From contig JBGAML010000007.1 in the NCBI GenBank assembly GCA_044223005.1, positions 1-64,000 of the forward strand: a stretch of 64,000 nt of DNA, read 5' to 3'. Both the position numbers and the translations under genes were made by a program. The stretch is from Candidatus Eiseniibacteriota bacterium (GTDB lineage: Bacteria; Eisenbacteria; RBG-16-71-46). This document shows positions 30,400 through 39,396 of this stretch, in pieces. Within the stretch, counting starts at the first letter, position 1. Every line of letters starts with the position of its first letter. A model generated the notes under the pieces. That model did no database searches, was not told where the DNA came from, and saw only the letters and a list, made by a program, of their open reading frames with translations.

Positions 30400-31265
30400 G
30401 GGTGATGGTCACCGGCGCCGCCGGCATGCTGGGGCACGCGCTCGTGCCCCGGCTGCGCGAACGCGGCGACGAAGTGCTTGCGCTCGACCTGCCCGGGGCC
30501 GACGTCACGAACCTCGGCGCCATGCGCGAGTACGTCGCGGAGTTTCGCCCCGACTGGGTGGCGCACCTGGCGGCGTTCACCGCGGTGGACCTGTGCGAGA
30601 GCGAACCCGACCGCGCGTTCCTCGTGAACGGCGCCGGGACGCGGAACGTCGCGCAGGCGGCCGCCGAAGCGGGCGCAGCCGTACTCGCGGTCTCCACGGA
30701 CTACGTCTTCGCAGGCGACGACCCCGCGCCGCGGCGCGAGAACGACGCGACCGAACCGGTCACGGTCTACGGGCGCTCCAAGCTCGCGGGCGAGCAGGCG
30801 GCGCGCGAGGTGAACCCGCGCCACGTGGTCGCCCGCACGGCGTGGCTCTACGGCGCGGGCGGCCGCAACTTCGTGGACACGATCCTCGCGAAGGCGCGCG
30901 CGGGCGAACCGCTGCGCGTCGTGGACGACCAGCACGGATCGCCCACGTGGACGGGCGACCTCGCGGGCGCGATCCTCGCGCTCATGGACCGCGCCGTGTA
31001 CGGGACGTATCACGTCACCAACTCGGGCGAGTGCACGTGGTGGGATCTCGCGAGCACCGCCTGCGAACTGGCGGGCGTGCGCGCGCAGATCGCGCGGATC
31101 GGTTCGGCCGAGCTGTCGCGCCCGGCGCGCCGGCCGGCGTTTTCGGTGCTGCACGGCGGCGCGTATGCGTCGGTCACCGGGGCGGCGATGCCGCACTGGC
31201 GGGACGCGCTCGCGCGTTACCTCGCGTCCGGCGTCGCGGCCGCGACCCAGGGAGGGAAGGAATGA
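30396..31265 (+). CDS. rfbD: dTDP-4-dehydrorhamnose reductase
   Basis: VTGAAGMLG, STDYVF, YGRSKLAGE, VVDDQHGSPT, ARRPAFSVL. Confidence 0.95.
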   Translation: MRVMVTGAAGMLGHALVPRLRERGDEVLALDLPGADVTNLGAMREYVAEFRPDWVAHLAAFTAVDLCESEPDRAFLVNGAGTRNVAQAAAEAGAAVLAVSTDYVFAGDDPAPRRENDATEPVTVYGRSKLAGEQAAREVNPRHVVARTAWLYGAGGRNFVDTILAKARAGEPLRVVDDQHGSPTWTGDLAGAILALMDRAVYGTYHVTNSGECTWWDLASTACELAGVRAQIARIGSAELSRPARRPAFSVLHGGAYASVTGAAMPHWRDALARYLASGVAAATQGGKE

Positions 31266-31927
31266 CTCGTCGGGGCGAAGGCAACGGACCGCTCGTGCGC
31301 GAGGCGCGGGCCGCGCTCGCGGACGCGGCGCGCAGCATGGCGAAGCTCGCGCGCGCGAACGCGTCGGCGGTCGCGGCGGCGGCCGAGGCGCTCGTGCAGT
31401 GCTTCGAGAACGGCGGCACCGTCTACTTCTGCGGCAACGGCGGCAGCGCGGCGGACGCGCAGCACCTCGCGGCCGAGTTCTCGGGCCGCTACCTGATCGA
31501 GCGCCCGGGCCTGCCGGCGGTGGCGCTGACCACCAACAGCTCGGCGGTCACTGCGATCGGCAACGACTACGGCTACGACGACGTCTTCGCACGCCAGCTC
31601 GAGGGCCTCTCCTCACCGGGCGACGTGCTCGTGGCGATCACGACCAGCGGCGGCTCCGAGAGCGTACGCCGCGCGGTCCGCGTCGCGCAGCAGCGCGGGC
31701 TCACGGTGATCGGCATGACCGGCGCACGCGGTGGTGAGTTCGCCGCGATGTGCGACATCGCGCTGGTGACGCCGCACGCCTCGACGCCGCACGTGCAGGA
31801 GGGCCACATCGCGATGGGCCACGCGTTCTGCCAGCTGGTCGAGCGGGCGCTGTTCGCGGAGCGTCCCGCGGCGAAGCGCGCGGCCGCGGCTCCGCGCCGG
31901 GCGGGACGGGGGAGGAAGCGCTCGTGA
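31262..31927 (+). CDS. gmhA: Phosphoheptose (sedoheptulose-7-P) isomerase, SIS domain
   Basis: CGNGGSAADAQHLAAE, TAIGNDYGY, ITTSG, VQEGH. Confidence 0.92.
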   Translation: MTRRGEGNGPLVREARAALADAARSMAKLARANASAVAAAAEALVQCFENGGTVYFCGNGGSAADAQHLAAEFSGRYLIERPGLPAVALTTNSSAVTAIGNDYGYDDVFARQLEGLSSPGDVLVAITTSGGSESVRRAVRVAQQRGLTVIGMTGARGGEFAAMCDIALVTPHASTPHVQEGHIAMGHAFCQLVERALFAERPAAKRAAAAPRRAGRGRKRS

Positions 31928-32814
31928 TCGGCGCGATGCTCGAGGCCCTGAGGCCCAAGCAGTGGACCAAGAACGGCCTGCTGTTCGTGGGCGCCATCTT
32001 TTCGCAGCACCTGCGCGACCCCGACGTGCTCGCGCGCGCGGCGGCCGGCTTCTTCACGTTCGCCCTGCTCTCCGGCTCGGTCTACGTGCTCAACGACCTC
32101 ATGGACGTCGCCGCCGACCGCCAGCACCCGCGCAAGTGCCGCCGCCCGATCGCCTCGGGCCGACTGCCCATCCCGGTCGCGTGGGGCATGCTGCCGCTGC
32201 TGTGGGCGGCCGTCGCCGCGATTTCGTGGTGGCTCGGGCCGCGGTTCTCGCTGGTCGCCGGGCTCTATCTCGTGAGCAACCTCGCGTACAGCTTCTGGCT
32301 CAAGCACCACGTGATCCTCGACGTGTTCCTGATCGCCAACGGCTTCATGCTGCGTGCGATCGCGGGCGTCGAGCTGGTGCGCCACGTGCGCGGCGAGGTC
32401 GTGCTCTCGCCGTGGCTGCTCATCTGCACGTTCTTCGGCGCGCTCTTCCTCGGCGTCGGCAAGCGCCGCCGCGAGATGATCAACGCCGGCGGCCAGGCGA
32501 CCGAGCAGCGCGCGGTGCTGCGGCTCTACTCGCCCGAGTTGCTCGAGGTCATGTTCACGGTCTCGGCCGCGTGCACGCTGCTCGCGTACGCGCTCTACAC
32601 GATCTGGCCGTCGACCGTGGCCAAGTTCCACACCGAGGCGCTCATGTACACGGTGCCGGTCGTGGCCTACGGCGTCTTCCGCTACCTCTACCTCGTGCGC
32701 GATTCCGAGACGAGCGAGGATCCCTCGGCGGTGCTGCTGGGCGACCGGCCGATCCAGCTCACGGTGCTGCTGTTCCTCGCGGTTGCCGTCTGGATCATCT
32801 ACCTGCGTCCATGA
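31924..32814 (+). CDS. UbiA-superfamily prenyltransferase (decaprenyl-phosphate phosphoribosyltransferase-like)
   Basis: LRPKQWTKN, YVLNDLMDVAADRQHPRKCRRPIASG, KRRRE, EDPSAVLL. Confidence 0.9.
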   Translation: MIGAMLEALRPKQWTKNGLLFVGAIFSQHLRDPDVLARAAAGFFTFALLSGSVYVLNDLMDVAADRQHPRKCRRPIASGRLPIPVAWGMLPLLWAAVAAISWWLGPRFSLVAGLYLVSNLAYSFWLKHHVILDVFLIANGFMLRAIAGVELVRHVRGEVVLSPWLLICTFFGALFLGVGKRRREMINAGGQATEQRAVLRLYSPELLEVMFTVSAACTLLAYALYTIWPSTVAKFHTEALMYTVPVVAYGVFRYLYLVRDSETSEDPSAVLLGDRPIQLTVLLFLAVAVWIIYLRP

Positions 32815-33737
32815 GTGCACGCCGGCCGCGGCGGGTGCACGTCACCGCGCGCGCGAAGCTGAACCTCTCGCTCGCGGTGGGGCCGAAGCGCCCCGACGGC
32901 TTTCACGACCTCGTCTCCGTCTTCCAGTCCGTCTCGCTCGCCGACGAGCTCGTGGCCGAACGCACCGCGCGCGGGTTCTCGCTCGAGGTGGCGATCGATC
33001 CCGCCTCCGGTCTCGCGGCCGGCGACATCCCGCGCGGCGGCGAGAACCTGGTGCTCCGCGCCGCCCGGCTGGTGCGCGACACGTACGGCCTCTCCGGTGG
33101 CTGCCGGTTCCGGCTCCGGAAGCGCATCCCGGCCCAGGCCGGGATGGGGGGCGGCAGCGCCGACGCCGCAGCCGCGATCGCCGCGATGCTCGCCCTGCAC
33201 GGCCTGCGTCCCCGCCGAGCGGAACGGATCGCGCTCGCGGCCCGGGTCGGGTCGGACGTCCCGTTCGCGATCACCGGCGGCACGGCTCTCGGCACCGGCC
33301 GGGGGGAGAATCTCCGGCAACTCCGGCTCGCGAGGGCGTTCGAAGCGGTGATCGTGATGCCCGAGTGGCGGGTCTCCACGGCAGCCGCATTCGCACGAAT
33401 CGACAGTGCCAAATATGGCTTGACACTATGGGAGCATGCGTCCAGATTTGCCGCAAGCCTTGGGCGCAAGGAACTTACGACATCGCGCGCTGCTCGCCTG
33501 GGGAACACGTTCGAACGGGTGCTGGGCCGCCAGGAAGGCGATTTCGAGGCACTTCGCGCACGCATGCGCGCGGCTGGACTACCTGATCCACACTTGACCG
33601 GGAGTGGGTCGGCAGTCTTCGGGATCGTTCCTGCCGGATCGCGGGCCCGGGCCATCGCGGACCGCCTCGCGGGTACGGAGCGGGTGTTCACCGTTCGATC
33701 CGCCGGTCGTGGTCTCGTGTTGCGCTCGCACGGTTAG
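32811..33737 (+). CDS. ispE: 4-diphosphocytidyl-2C-methyl-D-erythritol kinase
   Basis: AKLNLSL, DGFHDL, KRIPAQAGMGGGSADAA, GSDVPF, LTGSGSAVF. Confidence 0.95.
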   Translation: MSARRPRRVHVTARAKLNLSLAVGPKRPDGFHDLVSVFQSVSLADELVAERTARGFSLEVAIDPASGLAAGDIPRGGENLVLRAARLVRDTYGLSGGCRFRLRKRIPAQAGMGGGSADAAAAIAAMLALHGLRPRRAERIALAARVGSDVPFAITGGTALGTGRGENLRQLRLARAFEAVIVMPEWRVSTAAAFARIDSAKYGLTLWEHASRFAASLGRKELTTSRAARLGNTFERVLGRQEGDFEALRARMRAAGLPDPHLTGSGSAVFGIVPAGSRARAIADRLAGTERVFTVRSAGRGLVLRSHG

Positions 33738-33859
33738 GTTCGACCCAGGCAGAGGAAAGGCCGGAGAGCGGTTCCCGAGCAGCACCCCGGTTGCGTCCAT
33801 GACGGCCGCGCCGCACCGAGCCAGCTACCCCTCAAGGATGGCTCCGAGGTAGATCTTCA

Positions 33860-34174
33860 ATGATCGAGATCACCGAGGTCAGGGTTTCCCTGCGGAACGA
33901 CGAGAAATTGAAGGCGTTCGTCAGCATCACCCTCAACGACTCGTTCGTGGTTCGCGGGCTCAAGATCATCAAGGGCAACTCCGGGCTGTTCGTCGCGATG
34001 CCGAGCCGCAAGCGGCCCGACGGCCAGCACCAGGACCTCGCCCACCCGATCAACGACCTGACGCGCAAGTACTTGACCGACAAGGTGATGGCCGAGTACG
34101 AACGCGAGCTGGCGAATCCCTCGGCGCCGCCGCAGCCGCACCACGAGCACCACGAGGAAGAGCACAGCTACTGA
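33860..34174 (+). CDS. spoVG: SpoVG family nucleic-acid-binding regulator
   Basis: EITEVRV, KLKAFVSITLND, GLFVAMPSRK, DLAHPIN; ispE-spoVG-prs synteny. Confidence 0.95.
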   Translation: MIEITEVRVSLRNDEKLKAFVSITLNDSFVVRGLKIIKGNSGLFVAMPSRKRPDGQHQDLAHPINDLTRKYLTDKVMAEYERELANPSAPPQPHHEHHEEEHSY

Positions 34175-34239
34175 CGGCCCCTCCGTCGCCGCTCTTCCCG
34201 CGCTTCCGCGCCCCCCATCCGCGCGCGGAAGCCGTTGTA

Positions 34240-34269
34240 TTGACGCAGGCAAGCTCCTCCCGTTATGCT
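34240..34269 (+). promoter_or_regulatory. Sigma70-type promoter for tRNA-Gln/prs operon
   Basis: TTGACG-N18-TATGCT. Confidence 0.6.
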
Positions 34270-34371
34270 GCGTCCCGCTTCAACCCATCCGGTTGTTCCT
34301 CTGGGCCAATAGCCAGCACCCCGGGAGGCTTTCGGGCCGAACGGACCGTGACGGAAATCCCGTTCTGTTGG

Positions 34372-34446
34372 TGGGGCGTGGCCAAGCGGTAAGGCACGAG
34401 ACTTTGGATCTCGCATTCGGAGGTTCGAATCCTCCCGCCCCAGCCA
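34372..34446 (+). tRNA. tRNA-Gln(UUG)
   Basis: TGGGGCG acceptor stem, GCCAAGCGGTAAGGC D-arm, CGAGA-CTTTGGA-TCTCG anticodon arm, GGTTCGAATCC T-arm, encoded CCA. Confidence 0.97.
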
Positions 34447-34607
34447 TTTTCCCGGGCGGAGGATCCGGTCTTCGCGTGTGACGTCGGGCCGTACGGATTC
34501 GGCGCCGTAACCGAATGCGTGCGCGACGTTCGTTCATGCGCGGGGCTCGCGGAGCCTCCGTGCCGGTCCAATTTCGAGCCTGAAGCGGTGCTACGGGAGG
34601 TACGCGC

Positions 34608-35540
34608 TTGGATCCGTGTCGCATCTTCGCGGGCAACTCCAGCCGACGGCTGGCGGTCGCCATCTGCGAGAAGCTGAAGGTTCCGCTCGGCGACGCCGAG
34701 GTGTCGAGTTTCGAAGACGGCGAAGTCTCGGTGCGGTTCAACGAGAACATCCGCGGCAGCGACGTCTTCATCGTGCAGAGCACGAACGCGCCGGCGGATC
34801 ACCTCATGGAACTGCTGGTCATGCTGGACGCCGCCAAGCGTGCGTCCGCTCGCCGCGTGACCGCCGTGATGCCGTACTTCGGCTACGCGCGCCAGGACCG
34901 CAAGGACCAGCCGCGCGCGCCGATCACCGCGAAGCTCGTGGCGAACGTGATCACCGTCGCGGGCGCCGACCGGGCGCTGACGATGGACCTGCACAGCGCG
35001 CAGATCCAGGGCTTCTTCGACATCCCGCTCGACCATCTCTACGCGGCCCCGGTGCTGATCGAGCACTTCTCCAAGCTCGGCGTGCCGAACCTCGTCGTGG
35101 TCGCGCCGGACATCGGCAGCGTCAAGATGGCGCGCGCCTACGCCAAGCGGCTGAACGCCGACCTGGCGCTGGTCGACAAGCGCCGCCCGCGCGCCGATTC
35201 GGTCGAAGTGATGAACATCATCGGCGACGTCGAGGGCAAGAACGTCGTGATGTTCGACGACGTCGTCACCACCGCACGGACGCTGTGCCAGGCGGCCGCG
35301 GCCATGCGCAAGCACGGCGCGCTCGACATCTACGCCGGCGTCACGCACGGCGTGTTCTGTCCGGGCGCGTTCGAGCGCATCGCCGAATCGCCCATCAAGG
35401 AAGTCGTGGTCACCGACACGCTGTCGCACGAGCCGGGTTCGCTCCCGGCCAAGGTGCGCGAGCTGCCGGTGGCGGGCCTGCTCGCGGAGGCCGTGATGCG
35501 CATCCACGAGGAACGCTCGCTCAGTTCGCTGTTCGTCTAG
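34608..35540 (+). CDS. prs: Ribose-phosphate pyrophosphokinase (TTG start)
   Basis: FEDGEVSV, PYFGYARQDRK, MDLHSAQIQGFF, VAPDIGS, DDVVTT. Confidence 0.97.
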   Translation: MDPCRIFAGNSSRRLAVAICEKLKVPLGDAEVSSFEDGEVSVRFNENIRGSDVFIVQSTNAPADHLMELLVMLDAAKRASARRVTAVMPYFGYARQDRKDQPRAPITAKLVANVITVAGADRALTMDLHSAQIQGFFDIPLDHLYAAPVLIEHFSKLGVPNLVVVAPDIGSVKMARAYAKRLNADLALVDKRRPRADSVEVMNIIGDVEGKNVVMFDDVVTTARTLCQAAAAMRKHGALDIYAGVTHGVFCPGAFERIAESPIKEVVVTDTLSHEPGSLPAKVRELPVAGLLAEAVMRIHEERSLSSLFV

Positions 35541-35615
35541 AGAACTCGCCGCCGGAGCGGCGCGAGAAGCATCCGGGGCGCAGCTCCGGTGTGATGTGAA
35601 AGGGAGGAGAACCTC

Positions 35616-36287
35616 ATGTCGTCGGTGATCCAGCTGAACGGCTCCAAGCGCACGGCGCTCGGCAAGGGCGGCGCCCGCAAGGCGCGCGCGAAGGGCGAGA
35701 TCCCGGGCGTGCTCTACGGGCACGGCGAGACGCCCGTCGCCGTCGCCGTCGTGTCGCGCGAGTTCCAGACCGCGATGCGCTCGCACAAGGGCGGCAACGC
35801 GATCGTCAACCTGAAGCTCGAGGGCGGCGAGTACACCGCGCTCGTGCGTGATGCGCAGTACGACCCGCTCACGCACGCGGTGCTGCACCTCGACTTCCAG
35901 CACATCTCGCTGACCGAGACGATCCAGGTCCAGGTGTCGGTGCACGCCACCGGCCTCGCGATCGGCGTCAAGGACGGCGGCGGCATCCTCGAGACGATCA
36001 TCCGTTCGCTCGAAGTGCGCTGCCTGCCGACGGCGATCCCGGCCCAGATCGACGTGGACGTCACGGCGCTGAACATCGGCGACTCGCTGCACGTGCGCGA
36101 CATCCATGTCGAGGGCGTCGAGATCCTCGACGACCCGGACGCGACGGTCCTCACGGTCGTCCCGCCGACGGTCGAGGAGGCTCCGGCCGCGGACGCGACG
36201 GCGGCGGCCACCGCCGGCGCGACGGAGCCGGAAGTCGTGGGCGCCAAGGGCAAGAAGGAAGAAGCCGGCGCCGAGGAGAAGAAGTAG
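35616..36287 (+). CDS. rplY: 50S ribosomal protein L25/Ctc
   Basis: GKGGARKAR, IPGVLYG, HLDFQ, GVKDGGIL. Confidence 0.96.
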   Translation: MSSVIQLNGSKRTALGKGGARKARAKGEIPGVLYGHGETPVAVAVVSREFQTAMRSHKGGNAIVNLKLEGGEYTALVRDAQYDPLTHAVLHLDFQHISLTETIQVQVSVHATGLAIGVKDGGGILETIIRSLEVRCLPTAIPAQIDVDVTALNIGDSLHVRDIHVEGVEILDDPDATVLTVVPPTVEEAPAADATAAATAGATEPEVVGAKGKKEEAGAEEKK

Positions 36288-36293
36288 CCGCGA

Positions 36294-36881
36294 ATGCGGC
36301 TCGTGCTGGGTCTCGGCAATCCGGGTGGGCGCTACGCCGCCACGCGTCACAACGTGGGCTGGCAGGTGCTCGACGAGCTGGTGGCGCGTCACCGCGCCAC
36401 GGCCGGTCCGGAAGGCCGGGAGTATCGAACGCGGCGCGCCCGCATCGGCGGGCACGACGTGGAACTGATGGAGCCGCTCACGTTCATGAACCTGAGCGGT
36501 GAAGCGTTGCAGGCATGGCGGCAGGCGAACGGTCTGGAGACGGGCGACCTGCTGGTGGTGACGGACGACGTGTACCTCCCGCTCGGCGTGATTCGTGTGC
36601 GCGCCAGCGGGTCCAGCGGCGGACACCGGGGCCTCGAGAGCCTGGAAGCCGCACTGGGAACGCGCGAATACGCGCGGGTGCGCGTCGGCGTGGGCGCCGT
36701 GGAGGACAGCGCGGCCCTGCGCGAGCACGTGCTGGAGGAGTTCGCACCGGACGAAGTGCCGGTGCTGGAAGCGGCGGTCCGCCTCGCGGCGGACGCAGTG
36801 GAGTGCTGGGTGTCCGAGGGGACCCTGGCTGCCATGAATCGATTCAATCGCAGGGTCCGCAGGGAGGAATCCGAGTCGTGA
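36294..36881 (+). CDS. pth: Peptidyl-tRNA hydrolase
   Basis: LGLGNPG, TRHNVG, PLTFMNLSG, GSSGGHRG. Confidence 0.96.
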   Translation: MRLVLGLGNPGGRYAATRHNVGWQVLDELVARHRATAGPEGREYRTRRARIGGHDVELMEPLTFMNLSGEALQAWRQANGLETGDLLVVTDDVYLPLGVIRVRASGSSGGHRGLESLEAALGTREYARVRVGVGAVEDSAALREHVLEEFAPDEVPVLEAAVRLAADAVECWVSEGTLAAMNRFNRRVRREESES

Positions 36882-37234
36882 CCAAGTACGAAACCGTGTT
36901 CGTCCTCGAGCCGAGCTTCGACGAAGCGAAGGCGGGCGAGGAATCCGATCGCGTCTCCGGCTGGATCAAGGATCTGGGCGGCGAGGTGGTCGAGGTGCAG
37001 AAGTGGGGCAAGCGCCGTCTCGCGTACGAGATCCGCAAGAAGCGCGACGGTGTCTACACGATGATCGTGTGGAACGGCCAGGGCCCGATGGTGAAGGAGC
37101 TCGAGCGCCGGCTGCGCCTGAACGAGAGCGTCATGCGCGCCCTCACGACCGTCTACGTTCCGCCGGAGCTCACGCAGGGCGTGCCCGAGGGCGAAGCGGT
37201 GGCCGCGGGTGCCGACGACGGAGACAACGACTAG
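36878..37234 (+). CDS. rpsF: 30S ribosomal protein S6
   Basis: KYETVFVL, WGKRRLAYEI, LNESVMR. Confidence 0.96.
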   Translation: MTKYETVFVLEPSFDEAKAGEESDRVSGWIKDLGGEVVEVQKWGKRRLAYEIRKKRDGVYTMIVWNGQGPMVKELERRLRLNESVMRALTTVYVPPELTQGVPEGEAVAAGADDGDND

Positions 37235-37263
37235 AAGCGAAGACGTCCCCGAGCGGAGGGTTC

Positions 37264-37662
37264 ATGTCCGAGCTGAGGGTCCCGGAGATCAACCGGGTCA
37301 TGCTGACCGGACGCCTCACGCGCGATCCCGACAAGCGGTACGCGTCGGACGGCACCGAGGTCACGCGACTCGAGCTGGCGTTCCACCGCCGCTACAAGAC
37401 GCGCGAAGGGCAGTGGGCCGAGAACACGGGGTTCGTGACGGTGATGTGCTACCAGCGTCTCGCGGAGGTCTGCGCGCAGTTCCTGCGCACGGGCAGCCCG
37501 GTCCTGGTGGAAGGCAGGCTCCAGATGCGGGAGTGGACGAGCTCGCGGGGCGAGAAGCGACAGTCGCTCGAGCTGCGTGCGGAATCGGTCCACTTCCTCG
37601 AGAAGGCACCCGCGGACGGCGACGTCGCCGGCGGCGGACCTTCCGGGGATCCAACCTCATGA
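37264..37662 (+). CDS. ssb: Single-stranded DNA-binding protein (OB fold, no acidic tail)
   Basis: INRVMLTGRLTRDP, GSPVLVEGRLQMREW; located between rpsF and rpsR. Confidence 0.88.
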   Translation: MSELRVPEINRVMLTGRLTRDPDKRYASDGTEVTRLELAFHRRYKTREGQWAENTGFVTVMCYQRLAEVCAQFLRTGSPVLVEGRLQMREWTSSRGEKRQSLELRAESVHFLEKAPADGDVAGGGPSGDPTS

Positions 37663-37679
37663 AAGAAGAGAGATGACAC

Positions 37680-37961
37680 ATGGCGCGTGAACGCGACAGC
37701 AAGGGCAAGGGCAAGGGTAAGGGCAAGGGCAAGGGCCCGAAGGGCATCAAGAAGAAGTACTGCAAGCTGTGCCTCGAGAAGGTGCAGTTCGTGGACTACA
37801 AGGACGAGAAGCGGCTGGGCCGGTTCGTGACGGACCGCGGCAAGATCGTGCCGCGTCGCGTCTCGGGAACGTGCTCCATGCACCAGAAGCAGCTGACGAC
37901 CGCGATCAAGCGGGCGCGCGTTCTGGCGCTGCTGCCGTTCACCAGTGACTTCTATCGCTGA
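37680..37961 (+). CDS. rpsR: 30S ribosomal protein S18 (Zn-binding C+ type)
   Basis: [37 protein letters not shown]. Confidence 0.97.
   Translation: MARERDSKGKGKGKGKGKGPKGIKKKYCKLCLEKVQFVDYKDEKRLGRFVTDRGKIVPRRVSGTCSMHQKQLTTAIKRARVLALLPFTSDFYR
37701..37736 (+). repeat. In-frame hexamer tandem repeat (AAGGGC)x6 encoding [12 protein letters not shown]
   Basis: AAGGGC AAGGGC AAGGGT AAGGGC AAGGGC AAGGGC. Confidence 0.85.
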
Positions 37962-38943
37962 GTTTCCGCGCGAGCCGCGCCCGGTCACCTGGGTGCGGTC
38001 CGTGCTGCTGGTGTTGTTCCTGCTGTTCGGCGCGCTGTCGTCGCCGTGGCCGTGGTCCCTCGGTTGGATCGCGGTGCCGGCGTCGACCGCGGTGGCGCTG
38101 CTGCTCGCGTGGCGATTCGGCCGCGTGGCGATGGTGCTGCCGCTCGTGCTGGCCCTCGCGGCCGGTGCGGGTGCGGTGATCGCGGGTGACCGGGCGCCGT
38201 TGTGGCTGACGGCGTGGCCGGCGCTCGCGGCGGTCACCGGCGCGTGGATGGGCTGGCGCGAGGAAGGCGGCGGCCCGTCGCTCGGGGAGCGGGCGTGGAT
38301 GTTCGTCCCGATGCTGGTCCTCGCGGCCGCACTGCCGGTGCTGCCGGGGTTCCCCGCGGCGATCGAACGGCTGGACGCGCGCATGCGTACGGAACAGGAA
38401 CGCATGCTCGCGAGCGTGAATCCGTCGGAGACGCCGTCGGCGCTGCGGGAGGCCCTGCAGCAGGCGGCGGCGATGCCGGTGGAGGAGCGTCGCAAGTCGC
38501 TGTTGCTGATGATCCCGAATGCGATGTTCGCCTGGGTGGCGCTGCTCGCCGCCGTGGGCCGCGCGCTTGCCGCGCGTGCAGCCGGGGTGCTGGGATGGCC
38601 GCCGCTCTCGCGGGCTCCGCTCGCGACCTGGCGGTTGCCGGATGCGGCACTGGTGCCGTTGCTGGTCGGCATCGCGGTCGCGGTGTTCGCGGATCGCGCG
38701 TGGCAACCGGGCGCGCTGACGCTGCTGGTGATGGTGGTGCTGGGTTATAGTGTGCAGGGCGTGGCGGTCGTGGAGTCGGTGCTGCTGTCCCGCGGCATGT
38801 CTCCCGCCTTCGTCGCACTGACGATGCTGCTGGTGATCGCAGTCAGCCTGCTCTGGGTCCTGCCGGCGATCGCCGTCGTGGGACTGAGCGACGTCTGGCT
38901 CGACTACCGCCGACTGGAGCCCTCCTCCGAAGGAGAGGCGTAG
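37945..38943 (+). CDS. DUF2232/YybS-family membrane protein (start uncertain)
   Basis: Multi-[27 protein letters not shown]; rpsR-X-rplI synteny. Confidence 0.85.
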   Translation: MTSIAEFPREPRPVTWVRSVLLVLFLLFGALSSPWPWSLGWIAVPASTAVALLLAWRFGRVAMVLPLVLALAAGAGAVIAGDRAPLWLTAWPALAAVTGAWMGWREEGGGPSLGERAWMFVPMLVLAAALPVLPGFPAAIERLDARMRTEQERMLASVNPSETPSALREALQQAAAMPVEERRKSLLLMIPNAMFAWVALLAAVGRALAARAAGVLGWPPLSRAPLATWRLPDAALVPLLVGIAVAVFADRAWQPGALTLLVMVVLGYSVQGVAVVESVLLSRGMSPAFVALTMLLVIAVSLLWVLPAIAVVGLSDVWLDYRRLEPSSEGEA

Positions 38944-38952
38944 GAGAGAACG

Positions 38953-39396
38953 ATGGAAGTGATCCTGATCGAAGACCTGAAGGGCGTCGGATCCAAGGGC
39001 AGCACGGTCAACGTGAAGCCCGGATTCGCGCGCAACTACCTGCTCCCGCGCCGCCTGGCGATCCCCACGGGGACGAAGGCCGCGAACCTCTACCAGGAGC
39101 TGCAGCGCCAGCGCGACATGCAGTCCGAGAAGCTCATCGTCGCCGCGCGCGCCGAGGCCGCGAAGGTGGACGGGCTGTCGGTCAACATTCCCGCGCAGGC
39201 CAACGAAGAGGACACGCTCTTCGGATCGATCACGAGCTCGGACGTCGCCGCGGCGCTCAAGGCCGCCGGTCACGACGTCGACAAGCGCCGGATCGAGATG
39301 GACGACCACATCAAGCAGCTCGGCAACTACGACGTCGCGATCCGCTACTACGGCGGCGTCACGGCGACCGTGAAGGTGTGGGTGGTGCGGGCATGA
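38953..39396 (+). CDS. rplI: 50S ribosomal protein L9
   Basis: MEVILIED, VKPGFARNYLLP, LFGSIT, IKQLG. Confidence 0.97.
   Translation: MEVILIEDLKGVGSKGSTVNVKPGFARNYLLPRRLAIPTGTKAANLYQELQRQRDMQSEKLIVAARAEAAKVDGLSVNIPAQANEEDTLFGSITSSDVAAALKAAGHDVDKRRIEMDDHIKQLGNYDVAIRYYGGVTATVKVWVVRA

Noticed and set aside
34372..34500. tRNA-Gln as an integration site for an island
   Set aside because: No integrase, no duplicated tRNA 3' end seen, and prs follows in standard synteny
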